From contig JBMFUT010000004.1 of assembly GCA_049966395.1 (NCBI GenBank), positions 1-30,242 on the forward strand: a stretch of DNA of 30,242 bases, written 5' to 3'. The notes beneath the pieces are model-generated. The model did no database searches. It was not told the origin of the DNA and was given only the letters and a program-made list of their open reading frames with translations. Below are positions 9,123 through 17,541 of this stretch, piece after piece. The stretch comes from Candidatus Micrarchaeia archaeon. Its GTDB lineage: Archaea; Micrarchaeota; Micrarchaeia; Micrarchaeales; CABMGC01. Position 1 is the stretch's first letter, and each line of letters starts with the position of its first letter. A program made the translations under genes and the position numbers.

Positions 9123-10201
9123 GTCACTGTGGAAGAATTAGAATGCAGCGCAATTGCGCAAGCCTCTGATGCAGAGCTGTTTTTGATCAGTTTGCAGTAG
9201 CTTTCGTTTAAGTATTGCCTTGCCAAGGCTGCAATGCACGAATTGCTTATTTGCGTATTGTTGCCAAAAGAGTAGCATATAGATACGTTCTTGGTAGCAA
9301 TGGCTTCAGAAAGCATTACTGCTTCCCTGCATGCTGCCTGTTCCATGCCCAATGAATTGCATGCCGCAAGTTCCGATGTGTAGTTCATCTGCTGCGGCTT
9401 GGAGTTGTATGACTTTAGGGATCTGCACATCCCTGCGCCTGATGGGCTAGCATAAGAGCAGTATGAGTAGTTGCCGCTTGCAGTCGAAAGCACGGCATAG
9501 CATATGTCCCTAAGACTGTAAGATTCTCCTGGCATGGCAATAGAATACATAAGCATGTCCTGCAAGTTCGGATACTTGCTCATGTTCACATAATAAAGGT
9601 TAGACATTACACTGTTAACTATGCTTTTGTTCGTTGTGTTTGCTACGCTGCCGCATGAAGCAGGATTTGCTAGTACCACCGCCTCGTCTATGCCAATCGC
9701 AGACGTGCACTCTTCGGAGAGAGTAGAATTGCCAAGGCTTCCGCATATGGTAGAATTGTTGAGTTTTATTGCAAGCTGGAAAGCACAAGACTGCGCATAT
9801 TGAGGGGTCGCGGCATAGCACAGCGACGGGTTGTTCGTTTCATTGGCTACGTATTCTATGCACATGCTGCCCAAAGTCTGGTTTATTGCCATGGCATCGC
9901 GGCAATACAGTTGGTTGCCAGTGCTTTTTGCTACGCTTGTAAGGCACGCCGCGCTGTATAGGCCAGGCATGTAGCTGCATATCGAGGCGTTGTCAGTCGA
10001 AAGCGCCAGCCTCGACAGACACAAGTACCTGTTTGCAGTAACGATTATGCTGTTGCACTGGTGCAGGGGGGACCCCCTTGGCGCGATGGATATCTCAACG
10101 GCAGCTAAAAGTAAGAAGAGCGTCAATGCGAGGTATATAACCATTTTCTGGCTTTGGCTAAATCCGGCCCTTGCGCTTTTGTCAGCACCAGCTCCTTGCA
10201 T
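9119..10201 (-). CDS. Membrane-anchored cysteine-repeat surface protein
   Basis: N-terminal TM helix, 20 Cys, recurring C-x13-C units and many N-glycosylation sequons. Confidence 0.8.
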   Translation of the reverse strand: MQGAGADKSARAGFSQSQKMVIYLALTLFLLLAAVEISIAPRGSPLHQCNSIIVTANRYLCLSRLALSTDNASICSYMPGLYSAACLTSVAKSTGNQLYCRDAMAINQTLGSMCIEYVANETNNPSLCYAATPQYAQSCAFQLAIKLNNSTICGSLGNSTLSEECTSAIGIDEAVVLANPASCGSVANTTNKSIVNSVMSNLYYVNMSKYPNLQDMLMYSIAMPGESYSLRDICYAVLSTASGNYSYCSYASPSGAGMCRSLKSYNSKPQQMNYTSELAACNSLGMEQAACREAVMLSEAIATKNVSICYSFGNNTQISNSCIAALARQYLNESYCKLIKNSSASEACAIALHSNSSTVT

Positions 10202-10211
10202 TTTACCATTC

Positions 10212-10937
10212 TCAATACTGAGATTCCTCTGCCGAAAACACCTTGAAGCCGTCAGGGGTTATTTCGTATGGCGCAGTGGCAAAGCTGTGCTTGCTGCCGC
10301 GCATCTTTATTATTTCGAGCGTTGTGTCCCTTTTGTTCTGTTCGCCACTCATGTACATTGAGATTATGCCGTCGTATATGAAGAATTCCTGCTTAAACTG
10401 CATGCCATTGCGCTCAGGATTCTGAATTTCTGAGGTGAGCAGCGAAGTAACGCCGATCCTGCGGAGGTTTGATATCAGTGCAACGGTAGACCTTCTGTAA
10501 ATTAAGGGATCTGTGACAAGTATATCAAAAAGCGACAGAGAGTCTATTACTACCCGCTTTGCCTTCATTGCTGACACTTCTCCCTCTATTTCTGAAACTA
10601 TTTTTCCGAATTCATAAGTCTGCGAGTCGTCGCCTCCTTCGCTCAGCTTGGCTGCTATGTCGCCGTTTATGGTAATCATTGATTTTTTAATTAGGTCGTC
10701 GATGTCTGTGAAATTTGTAAATGCATTCTTGACGTTCCTGAGTATGTCTTTAGGGCTTTCTTCAAGGGCGAAAAAGATTCCAGGATTCCCTTCTTTTGCA
10801 TTTTTGTACAGGAATTCGAAAGAGAACAGAGTTTTCCCTGTGCCTGGACCCCCTGCTATTATGACCTGGTTGCCCTCAGGTATGCCTCCATATAGCATTG
10901 CGTCGATACCTGGGATGCCTGTTTTGACCCTGTTCAT
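10212..10937 (-). CDS. Single-domain KaiC/RAD55-family ATPase
   Basis: RVKTGIPGID, Walker A GGPGTGKT, ALEE, VVIDS, IIKMRG. Confidence 0.92.
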   Translation of the reverse strand: MNRVKTGIPGIDAMLYGGIPEGNQVIIAGGPGTGKTLFSFEFLYKNAKEGNPGIFFALEESPKDILRNVKNAFTNFTDIDDLIKKSMITINGDIAAKLSEGGDDSQTYEFGKIVSEIEGEVSAMKAKRVVIDSLSLFDILVTDPLIYRRSTVALISNLRRIGVTSLLTSEIQNPERNGMQFKQEFFIYDGIISMYMSGEQNKRDTTLEIIKMRGSKHSFATAPYEITPDGFKVFSAEESQY

Positions 10938-11122
10938 TGCCGCACCTTTATAATAGGATGTTAAATTTTTAAATACCTATCATCTGAAAGCAGTTAAAAA
11001 CAGTTCGAAGGGATGCTTGATGCTATATGGCAAAATTCCCAATGCTGAGATTAATCGGCCAATCCTTTGCACATCGAGGACACTTTTATATATGTGTTGT
11101 ATCATATTTCCTATTACAGCGA

Positions 11123-11177
11123 TTCGCTTTAGTCAAGCCCACAAATGGAGTGGGTTTTCCTGCTCGCATTGTTAAAT
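11123..11177. mobile_element. IS200/IS605-family-like hairpin end, copy 2 (degenerate remnant)
   Basis: TTCGCTTT..AAGCCCAC-AAATGGA-GTGGGTTT..GCTCGCATTGTTAAAT. Same motif order as 2-56 and the same 12-nt spacing from GTGGG to CATTGTTAAAT. Confidence 0.55.
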
Positions 11178-11209
11178 TGTTTGGGCATTTTTTATAGAGG
11201 CAGATTTGC

Positions 11210-11884
11210 ATGAACAGAAAACTTATGTATATAGGGCTCGCATTGCTGGCAATATCGATATTTGCTTTTTTGGGCATTTCTTACATAGCGGTGCCTTCTG
11301 AAGGTTTGGCAAGGGCTGTGCTGTTGCCGAAAGGCAGCGCCTTCTTCAACATGAGCATAAACGGCACTGGATTTTTGCACGTGTTTGGATTCAAGTCAAC
11401 CGAGCCGGTATCTTTTTACTACACTAACAGCTCTGCTTTCAGCGCCATAAGGGCATACAATTTTTCGAATGTTAGCGTTGCCGCAGCCGCGAAGAAGCTT
11501 GAGGGAAGGGGCGTGTTTGAAGTGCTTTCCAATGCAACAGCTGGAATTTTCCCTTATACATCATACACTGGCTACCTGAACATCACAAAACCAAGCTACA
11601 TAGCAAATAATCTAACTTTGCCTGCAGGCAAGTACTACGCGATATTCTTCAACAACGGCACTTCGAGCGCAAACGTTACCGTTGTAGAAACAGCACTAAG
11701 CGAAAACTCTGCAATATACTCTTCTGTGCTTGCGCTTTTCGCCATAGTCCTTTTCATCGCTGCAATAATAACAATTGTCATAGCGCTGGTAAAGAAGTCC
11801 GATTCTGGAAAGCATATGAGCGACGCTGAGCAGGACAAGCTGGCGGAAGAAGCTTACAAGCGCATAGGAGGCAAGGGCGAATAG
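11210..11884 (+). CDS. Membrane protein with N- and C-terminal TM helices and a glycosylated extracellular domain
   Basis: Hydrophobic segments at both ends, multiple N-x-S/T sequons, charged cytoplasmic tail. Confidence 0.8.
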   Translation: MNRKLMYIGLALLAISIFAFLGISYIAVPSEGLARAVLLPKGSAFFNMSINGTGFLHVFGFKSTEPVSFYYTNSSAFSAIRAYNFSNVSVAAAAKKLEGRGVFEVLSNATAGIFPYTSYTGYLNITKPSYIANNLTLPAGKYYAIFFNNGTSSANVTVVETALSENSAIYSSVLALFAIVLFIAAIITIVIALVKKSDSGKHMSDAEQDKLAEEAYKRIGGKGE

Positions 11885-11947
11885 CGTCCACCTATTGTCT
11901 AAGTGGCTTTCGTCAATATATTTAAACCTTCCCGCCTAAATTGTATT

Positions 11948-12637
11948 ATGGACAGCCTACAAGAAAGAATCGCTGGCGAGATAGCACTATCTGAAAGTCC
12001 AGGAAGCATAATGAAAAAATGGAGAGAGCTCTTCGGCATAAGCCAGGTAGAGCTTGCCAAGTACCTCAAAATATCCACTTCGACAATAAGCGATTACGAA
12101 GGCAACAGAAGAATGAGTCCCGGAGTTGGGATAGTGAAGCGTTTTGTAGAGGCTTTGGTGGCGCTTGACCAGCAGCATGGCGGCGAGGTTGTAAGGAACC
12201 TTGACAGGTTCAACCAGCAGAGTGAAGAAACGCAGCCATACATGCTGCACGACTTTTCAGTGCCCATAAGCGGCATAGACTTTGCAAGGCTTATAGAGGC
12301 AAAGATAGTGGCCAATCCAAACTCGCTTGATACCACAAAAGTCTTTGGCTACACTATGCTTGACAGCTTGAAAGTAATAATAGAGGTGCAGCCTAGCGAC
12401 TATCCTAAGCTCTTTGGAAATACCACTGAGAGGGTGTTCATATTTGACGAAGTAAGCACTGGCAGGTCGCCGATGGTGGTGATAAGGGTTGCACCAATAA
12501 AGCCCAAGATAGTGGTAATACATGGAGTTGAAAACATAGACAAGCTTGCAATAAAAATAGCGCAGATAGAAAAGATACCTCTCCTCACCACAAAGCTGAG
12601 CATAGAGGAAATAAAAACAAGGCTCAACAACATATGA
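11948..12637 (+). CDS. Conserved archaeal XRE-type HTH transcriptional regulator with DRTGG-like C-terminal domain
   Basis: IAGEIALSESPG..MKKWRELFGISQVELAKYL..STISDYE, then GYT..DS..FG.TTER..IF..VSTGRSPMV.IRV. Start at ATG 11948. Confidence 0.88.
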   Translation: MDSLQERIAGEIALSESPGSIMKKWRELFGISQVELAKYLKISTSTISDYEGNRRMSPGVGIVKRFVEALVALDQQHGGEVVRNLDRFNQQSEETQPYMLHDFSVPISGIDFARLIEAKIVANPNSLDTTKVFGYTMLDSLKVIIEVQPSDYPKLFGNTTERVFIFDEVSTGRSPMVVIRVAPIKPKIVVIHGVENIDKLAIKIAQIEKIPLLTTKLSIEEIKTRLNNI

Positions 12638-12665
12638 CGCTCAAAAGCGCATTGGCAAGAGTTGA

Positions 12666-12736
12666 TGGAGGCATGGAGAATCGGACTCCAGCCTGCAGAA
12701 TGTCAATCTGCCGTCCTACCATTAGACTATGCCTCC
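12666..12736 (-). tRNA. tRNA-Val(GAC), intronless, CCA not encoded
   Basis: GGAGGCA/TGCCTCC-A acceptor, GTCT/GGAC D stem, GCAGA-TTGACAT-TCTGC anticodon arm, TGGAG-TCCGATT-CTCCA T arm. Confidence 0.92.
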
Positions 12737-12796
12737 GTGCAGCACACTAAGACTGCAATATATTCTTTGGGGAAAATTCAATAAAAGTTTCGCAGC

Positions 12797-13690
12797 TCAC
12801 AATTTTATATGCGCGCCATCCCTTGCAACCTTTGTATTTGGGAATATTGCTTCTGCTTCCTTTTGCAGTTGATTTGGCCTTCTGTATCTTGCGCTCACGT
12901 GCACAAGTAACAGCGCCTTGACAGCAGCCATCTTTGCAACCTGCGCAGCCTCTGCGGCAGTAGAATGCTTTCTCTCTATCGCCTTTTTCGAGTCAGTCTC
13001 GGAGTAAGTAGCCTCGTGTATGAGAAGGTCTGCGTTCCTTGCAGCCTTGACTGTCGACGAAGAAGGTCTTGTGTCTGAGGCGTAAACTATTTTCTTGCCA
13101 GGAATTGCTGTGGTGACGCTTTCTAGATATACCTTTTTACCGTTTACAATTATACTACCCTTCCTTTGCAGCTCGCCGAACATCTCGCCCCTTATACCAA
13201 GAGCGGCGCATTTTTCCTTAATGAAACGCCTTCTTTCGTTCTCCGCGAAAACATAGCCGAAAGTAGGTATAGCGTGATTGAGCCTAAATGCGCTTATTGT
13301 TATCTTATCGTCCTTGTAGACAACACCAGACTTCACGCCGATGATTTCAATCTTGTAGTATATTGAAATGTTGTCGAACGTTATGAATTTGCGCATCATC
13401 TCCTCGTAGCCCTTTGGCACGTAAATCTGCAGCGGAGCCTCCCTGTTGTTCAGGGCAAGAGTTCTTACCAGGCCCACTACCCCAATTATGTGGTCGCCGT
13501 GCATGTGGGTTATGAATATGCCTTTCAATCTTGAAGCGTTTATCCTGTATTTTATCATTTGCATCTGCGTACCTTCGCCGCAGTCGAAAAGGTATACCGC
13601 ACCATCATAGGTTATGGCCACGCCCGGCATTCTCCTGCTTTTTGTAGGCGTTGAGCCTGATGTGCCCAGCACTGTTATGTCAATAATCAT
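12797..13690 (-). CDS. rnz: Ribonuclease Z
   Basis: LGTSGSTPT, FDCGEGTQ, THMHGDH, exosite, YASDTRP, HEATY, HST, VHVSARY. Confidence 0.95.
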   Translation of the reverse strand: MIIDITVLGTSGSTPTKSRRMPGVAITYDGAVYLFDCGEGTQMQMIKYRINASRLKGIFITHMHGDHIIGVVGLVRTLALNNREAPLQIYVPKGYEEMMRKFITFDNISIYYKIEIIGVKSGVVYKDDKITISAFRLNHAIPTFGYVFAENERRRFIKEKCAALGIRGEMFGELQRKGSIIVNGKKVYLESVTTAIPGKKIVYASDTRPSSSTVKAARNADLLIHEATYSETDSKKAIERKHSTAAEAAQVAKMAAVKALLLVHVSARYRRPNQLQKEAEAIFPNTKVARDGAHIKL

Positions 13691-14794
13691 TCAGCCAACC
13701 TCTATCACCAGCTCCTTTTTAGCTTTGTCTAAGGATTTTATCTTCAAGCCAGGGAATTTCTCCTGCAACTCTTTCAGCTCGGCGTGCTTGTGCTCCCTGA
13801 CGTAGATTATGACTTCGTTTATTGCGTTCATGTTTGACAATATTGCATTGCCTATATTATAATATTCTTCCGCTTCCTTTTCGAGAGCCGCAAGGGATTC
13901 TTCTTGCTTTCTTATGCTTTGCACTGTTGCTTCCTTTTCCGCATTCGCTGCTGAATTGACCGTGCTCCTCTCGCTAAGATAGAAATTGTCCAAAAGCTCG
14001 CTCACGCTTTTGTACGCCACTGTTTCGTAGTTTTCGTACTTTTTGAGCCTGGTTATCGAATAATCTACGAATACGCCTCCGCGCAAATATGCCACCGGCT
14101 CCGGCGAAAGCGAGGCGCTTATTATCTCTATGATGGATGACGCTACACGGCCGCTTTCCGAAATCGGGATAGCACCTTTAGGTGCAAAGCCCGCCCTGTA
14201 AATCGCCTCTTCAAGATATGCCGGGCCTATGCCGAAGTATTTTGAGAGAGCTTGCACGGCGTTGCCAGAAGCTGAAAGCGCCTCTTTGACCTTCTCTTCT
14301 GCGGAAGCGTAGTCAATAGACCACAGGTCAAAAGGCATGCCCTCTGGAAAAGAGTACTTGACGCCTGTGCGTATGCTCCTGTCTCTCATGTTGGCAACTT
14401 TGTAGCAGATCCTTATTGTGCCTGAGCTGTCTAATAGTATCATGTTGCCCTTGCCGAACATTTCTATTATTAGTGAATACCGCTCTGCGCCAGCAAATTC
14501 TATAGTCATTATCCTGTCTGAGCCGTGCTGGCTTATGCTTGAAATTGTTGCCCCGGAAAGGCGCTTTCTCATGGCCATGGCGAAGCTGGTTGGCGCGCCT
14601 GCTTCCTCAGAAAATGAGGTTATATTTATAGTGCGCAGCAGCGCAACGTAAAGAAAACGCGCGGAACCCTTTGATCGCAGCGAGATCTTGAATGCATCGC
14701 CGCCGAGATCGTAGAATTTATCCACTCTGGCGCCGACGAGCTGCTGCAGCTCAATTGCCAGAGCATGAAGCTCTATGGATGCTATCTGGCGCAT
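13691..14794 (-). CDS. Rqc2/NEMF/FbpA (NFACT) family protein, N-terminal part only
   Basis: PTSFAMAMRKRL, QHGSDRI, IIEMFGKGNMILLD, HhH GIGPAYLEE and first coiled coil. Ends at 367 aa with no NFACT-R domain. Confidence 0.85.
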   Translation of the reverse strand: MRQIASIELHALAIELQQLVGARVDKFYDLGGDAFKISLRSKGSARFLYVALLRTINITSFSEEAGAPTSFAMAMRKRLSGATISSISQHGSDRIMTIEFAGAERYSLIIEMFGKGNMILLDSSGTIRICYKVANMRDRSIRTGVKYSFPEGMPFDLWSIDYASAEEKVKEALSASGNAVQALSKYFGIGPAYLEEAIYRAGFAPKGAIPISESGRVASSIIEIISASLSPEPVAYLRGGVFVDYSITRLKKYENYETVAYKSVSELLDNFYLSERSTVNSAANAEKEATVQSIRKQEESLAALEKEAEEYYNIGNAILSNMNAINEVIIYVREHKHAELKELQEKFPGLKIKSLDKAKKELVIEVG

Positions 14795-14798
14795 CGAC

Positions 14799-15599
14799 TC
14801 AGCTTTTCTTGAGTTTCCTCATTCCTTCCTCTTTGGTGACCCTTGCAAAAAGCTCAGCCATTTTTCTCGCGTTGCGGGATTGCTCTATCGCAGTGCCTAT
14901 TTGCACCATGTCAGCGCCAGCCCGGTAGGTTTCCCTAAGAGACTTTTCAGTGCGTATGCCTCCTGCCACTATGTAAGGCACGCTTATAGAAGCCCTTACT
15001 GCGCGTATCATTTGGGGTGGCACTGGACCTGAATGCTGCAGTTTTGGATTTGACCCAACATCTGTCGCTATGAACCTGTTGCCAAGGAACTCGCCAGCCA
15101 TTGCGAGCCCTGCCGCTATCTTTGGTTTTTCCCTAGGTACCAGATTTGCATCGCCGACCCAGCCCACTGTGCCTCCTGGCGACACTACTATGTATCCTAC
15201 AGGTATGGGTTCTATGTTGAGCATCTTAACTATTGGCGCGGCGAGCACCTGAACCTGCGTTATCCAGTAAGGATTTCTTGCGTTGAGTAAAGACATGAAG
15301 TATACTGCATCTGCGTATTTCGTGAGCGTCGCTATGTTTCCAGGAAATAGTATTACCGGAGTCCCACCGGCCTTGTCTTTTATGCCCTTGCATACATAGT
15401 CTAGTAGCTCGCCCTGCGCGCCTATGCTACCTCCTACAAGTATGAGGTCTGCGCCGGCGTCTATGCTCTCCACTGCGGTTTTTATAGCGGCGTCTGGCGT
15501 CTTGTAATCTACCGGATCTACAAGCATGAACATCATTGCTCCCTTTTCTGCCAGTCTTTCGTAGATGTACCTTTCTGTCTTGCCTATTTTCACGCTCAT
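14799..15599 (-). CDS. Geranylgeranylglyceryl phosphate synthase (group II-like)
   Basis: LVDP, LVGGSIG, ILFPGN, YFMSLLNARNPYWI, GYIVVSPGGTVGWVG, AGGIR, AGAD..QIGT. Confidence 0.92.
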   Translation of the reverse strand: MSVKIGKTERYIYERLAEKGAMMFMLVDPVDYKTPDAAIKTAVESIDAGADLILVGGSIGAQGELLDYVCKGIKDKAGGTPVILFPGNIATLTKYADAVYFMSLLNARNPYWITQVQVLAAPIVKMLNIEPIPVGYIVVSPGGTVGWVGDANLVPREKPKIAAGLAMAGEFLGNRFIATDVGSNPKLQHSGPVPPQMIRAVRASISVPYIVAGGIRTEKSLRETYRAGADMVQIGTAIEQSRNARKMAELFARVTKEEGMRKLKKS

Positions 15600-15616
15600 C
15601 TTATCACGCTTTATAA

Positions 15617-16603
15617 TTATAGCATTCTTCTTTTAAGCAGGTCGTCTATCATCTCCTTGCTTCCTACGTTGATGTTTATCATTGGCTTGAAACCGAGATT
15701 GCTCTTTATTTTTGTTATGTCTATTACCCTGTTGCTAAGCAGGAAGCGCAGCTCGTCGCTGTTGAGGCCCTTGTACTTGCCGAGTATCTTTGCAAGAAAG
15801 CTTAAGCTTATTCTCTTTTTGACCTTTTCTACCCCCATAAGCGACGCTGCAATGTCAAAGAGACCTTTTTGGGTATACGGCACTCCGTCTGACAGGTTGT
15901 ATATTTCTCCTGCGCCAGGGGCGTTTTTGGCAAGCATGAATGCCTGCAGCACGTCGTATAGGTGTATTAGGGCAAGATGATTTTCGCCGTTGCCTATTAT
16001 ATAGGCTTTGCCTTCCTTTATGGCGCGGAAAACCTTAGTAAAAGATTCCTCGAAACCTGGCCCGTATATTGTTGCGATTCTGAAAGTAGTTGTTGGAAGG
16101 CTCCTGCTAAATTCCTTTAATACGTTTTCTGCGAGAAGTTTACTGTAGCCATATGGATCTGTAGGCATCGGCCTCGAATTCTCAGTGAGAATCTCCTTTC
16201 TTTTTATGCCGTATACGTCCACGCTGCTCGGGAATATGAAATGCCGCACGCTACTGGCTTCGGCTACTTCCGCCAAGTTCCTTACGCCGTTTACGTTCAC
16301 GTTTATTATTTCAGTGCTCTTCTGCTTGTACGCGCTTACTATTGCCGCCAGATGGAAAACGCTGTCGCAGCCGTCAAGCGCGTCCTTGAGCGCCTGCTTG
16401 TTGGTTATATCGCCTACGTAAGGTATTACTCCTCCTGGAAGGCTAAGTATGTCACCCTTTTCCTTGACGAGCGCCCTTACCACTCCGCCTTCCTTAAGAA
16501 GAACTTTTAGCAGCGCGTTCCCCAGTTTCCCCCCTGCGCCAGTTACCAAAGTAATGTTGCCCTTGTCGGCTATTTTGCTGTCATCGTTTTTTTGCAATTG
16601 CAT
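15617..16603 (-). CDS. NAD-dependent epimerase/dehydratase (extended SDR)
   Basis: VTGAGGKLG, FHLAA, SS, YGYSK, IYGP. ATG at 16603 is the likely start. Confidence 0.88.
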   Translation of the reverse strand: MQLQKNDDSKIADKGNITLVTGAGGKLGNALLKVLLKEGGVVRALVKEKGDILSLPGGVIPYVGDITNKQALKDALDGCDSVFHLAAIVSAYKQKSTEIINVNVNGVRNLAEVAEASSVRHFIFPSSVDVYGIKRKEILTENSRPMPTDPYGYSKLLAENVLKEFSRSLPTTTFRIATIYGPGFEESFTKVFRAIKEGKAYIIGNGENHLALIHLYDVLQAFMLAKNAPGAGEIYNLSDGVPYTQKGLFDIAASLMGVEKVKKRISLSFLAKILGKYKGLNSDELRFLLSNRVIDITKIKSNLGFKPMININVGSKEMIDDLLKRRML

Positions 16604-17444
16604 CACCGCTTGTTGATGATTTCTTGACACCCTCCTTCAAAAGGCTCGACGCCAGACGCCGCATATAGCCTTCAGGCACGGTGTCAGTGGCGTATTCTGC
16701 CCAGTCCCTGCCAAAAGGCATGTATATGCTCACCTTCCTGTTCTTTGTTATCTTGCCCATCTTTTTCTCGCTGTAGCCTAATTGAAATTCAAACGCCACA
16801 TTATGCCTGTTTGGGCTTTTGGAGAAATACTTTAGCATTTCATCGTCAGGAGAAAGAAGGACAAGGGTGTTTATTTTGCTTGAGAGCTCTTCAAGCATGC
16901 GCGGAAGGCGCTTTTTGTAGTCTTTGGACTTGCCTCCGTCATCCCACTTGCACAGCACCTTCACCATCGGCGCTGAGACCTTCTTTTTGACGTAGCTCAA
17001 CGCGTCGTCGATGCTGCTGAAAAATATTCCTAGGCCTCTATTGCCTGACATCTCGTTGAGCAGCGCAACGTCTGTGGGAGTGCGGGCTTCTGCCCATATG
17101 AGTATGCCGTACTTCCTGCTTATTTCTAACAGTCTGAGCAGGTTGAGCTTTGCTATGTCCTTGCTTATGCCACTGCCAAGCTGCGCCATGCGAAGGTGCA
17201 CGCTAGACTTTATTCCTTGCCTTGCCATCTCCCTTATCAGCTGCGCGTATGCATTAGATATGTAATTCGCTTTCGCCCTAGCGCTCGGGGTGTCGCTCAA
17301 GAAGGCTATTGACACTGGCAGGCCCTTTGCATTTATCGCCTTGGCCTTTTTTATTGCAGAGTTCATTGTAGGCCCGGCAATGTGCTTCCTTATGAGCCTG
17401 AATATCACTTTTTCAGCGAAAGATTCCGATTGCAATTTTATCAT
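16581..17444 (-). CDS. Proline dehydrogenase-fold protein with degenerate catalytic motifs
   Basis: HIAGPTMNSAI...INAKG, AQLG, FEFQ, IYMPFGRDW and YMRRLA match the monofunctional PRODH layout. Confidence 0.75.
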   Translation of the reverse strand: MIKLQSESFAEKVIFRLIRKHIAGPTMNSAIKKAKAINAKGLPVSIAFLSDTPSARAKANYISNAYAQLIREMARQGIKSSVHLRMAQLGSGISKDIAKLNLLRLLEISRKYGILIWAEARTPTDVALLNEMSGNRGLGIFFSSIDDALSYVKKKVSAPMVKVLCKWDDGGKSKDYKKRLPRMLEELSSKINTLVLLSPDDEMLKYFSKSPNRHNVAFEFQLGYSEKKMGKITKNRKVSIYMPFGRDWAEYATDTVPEGYMRRLASSLLKEGVKKSSTSGDAIAKKR

Positions 17445-17541
17445 CTATGCGAGCATTCTGACGATATTATTAGACAAGGATATATTTAAACTCTTTCGCA
17501 AATTTCTTAAACTGACTTATTGCAAAGGCAAAAATATATAT

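Noticed and set aside
10150..10201. Class III (pilin-type) signal peptide at RAG|F in the Cys-rich protein
   Set aside because: Polar residues (SQSQK) follow the putative site and there is no +5 Glu. A plain TM anchor fits better.
10212..10937. Circadian clock KaiC
   Set aside because: Single ATPase domain and no kaiA/kaiB; this is the common archaeal KaiC-like family.
10980..11105. 41-aa minus-strand ORF (MIQHIYKSVLDVQR...) next to the hairpin remnant
   Set aside because: No SD, motif or transposase similarity; indistinguishable from chance.
17290..17541. 84-aa hydrophobic N-terminal extension on TruD in the ORF track
   Set aside because: It is the antisense of the PRODH-like gene plus the divergent promoter. 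ATG 17542 gives a normal TruD.
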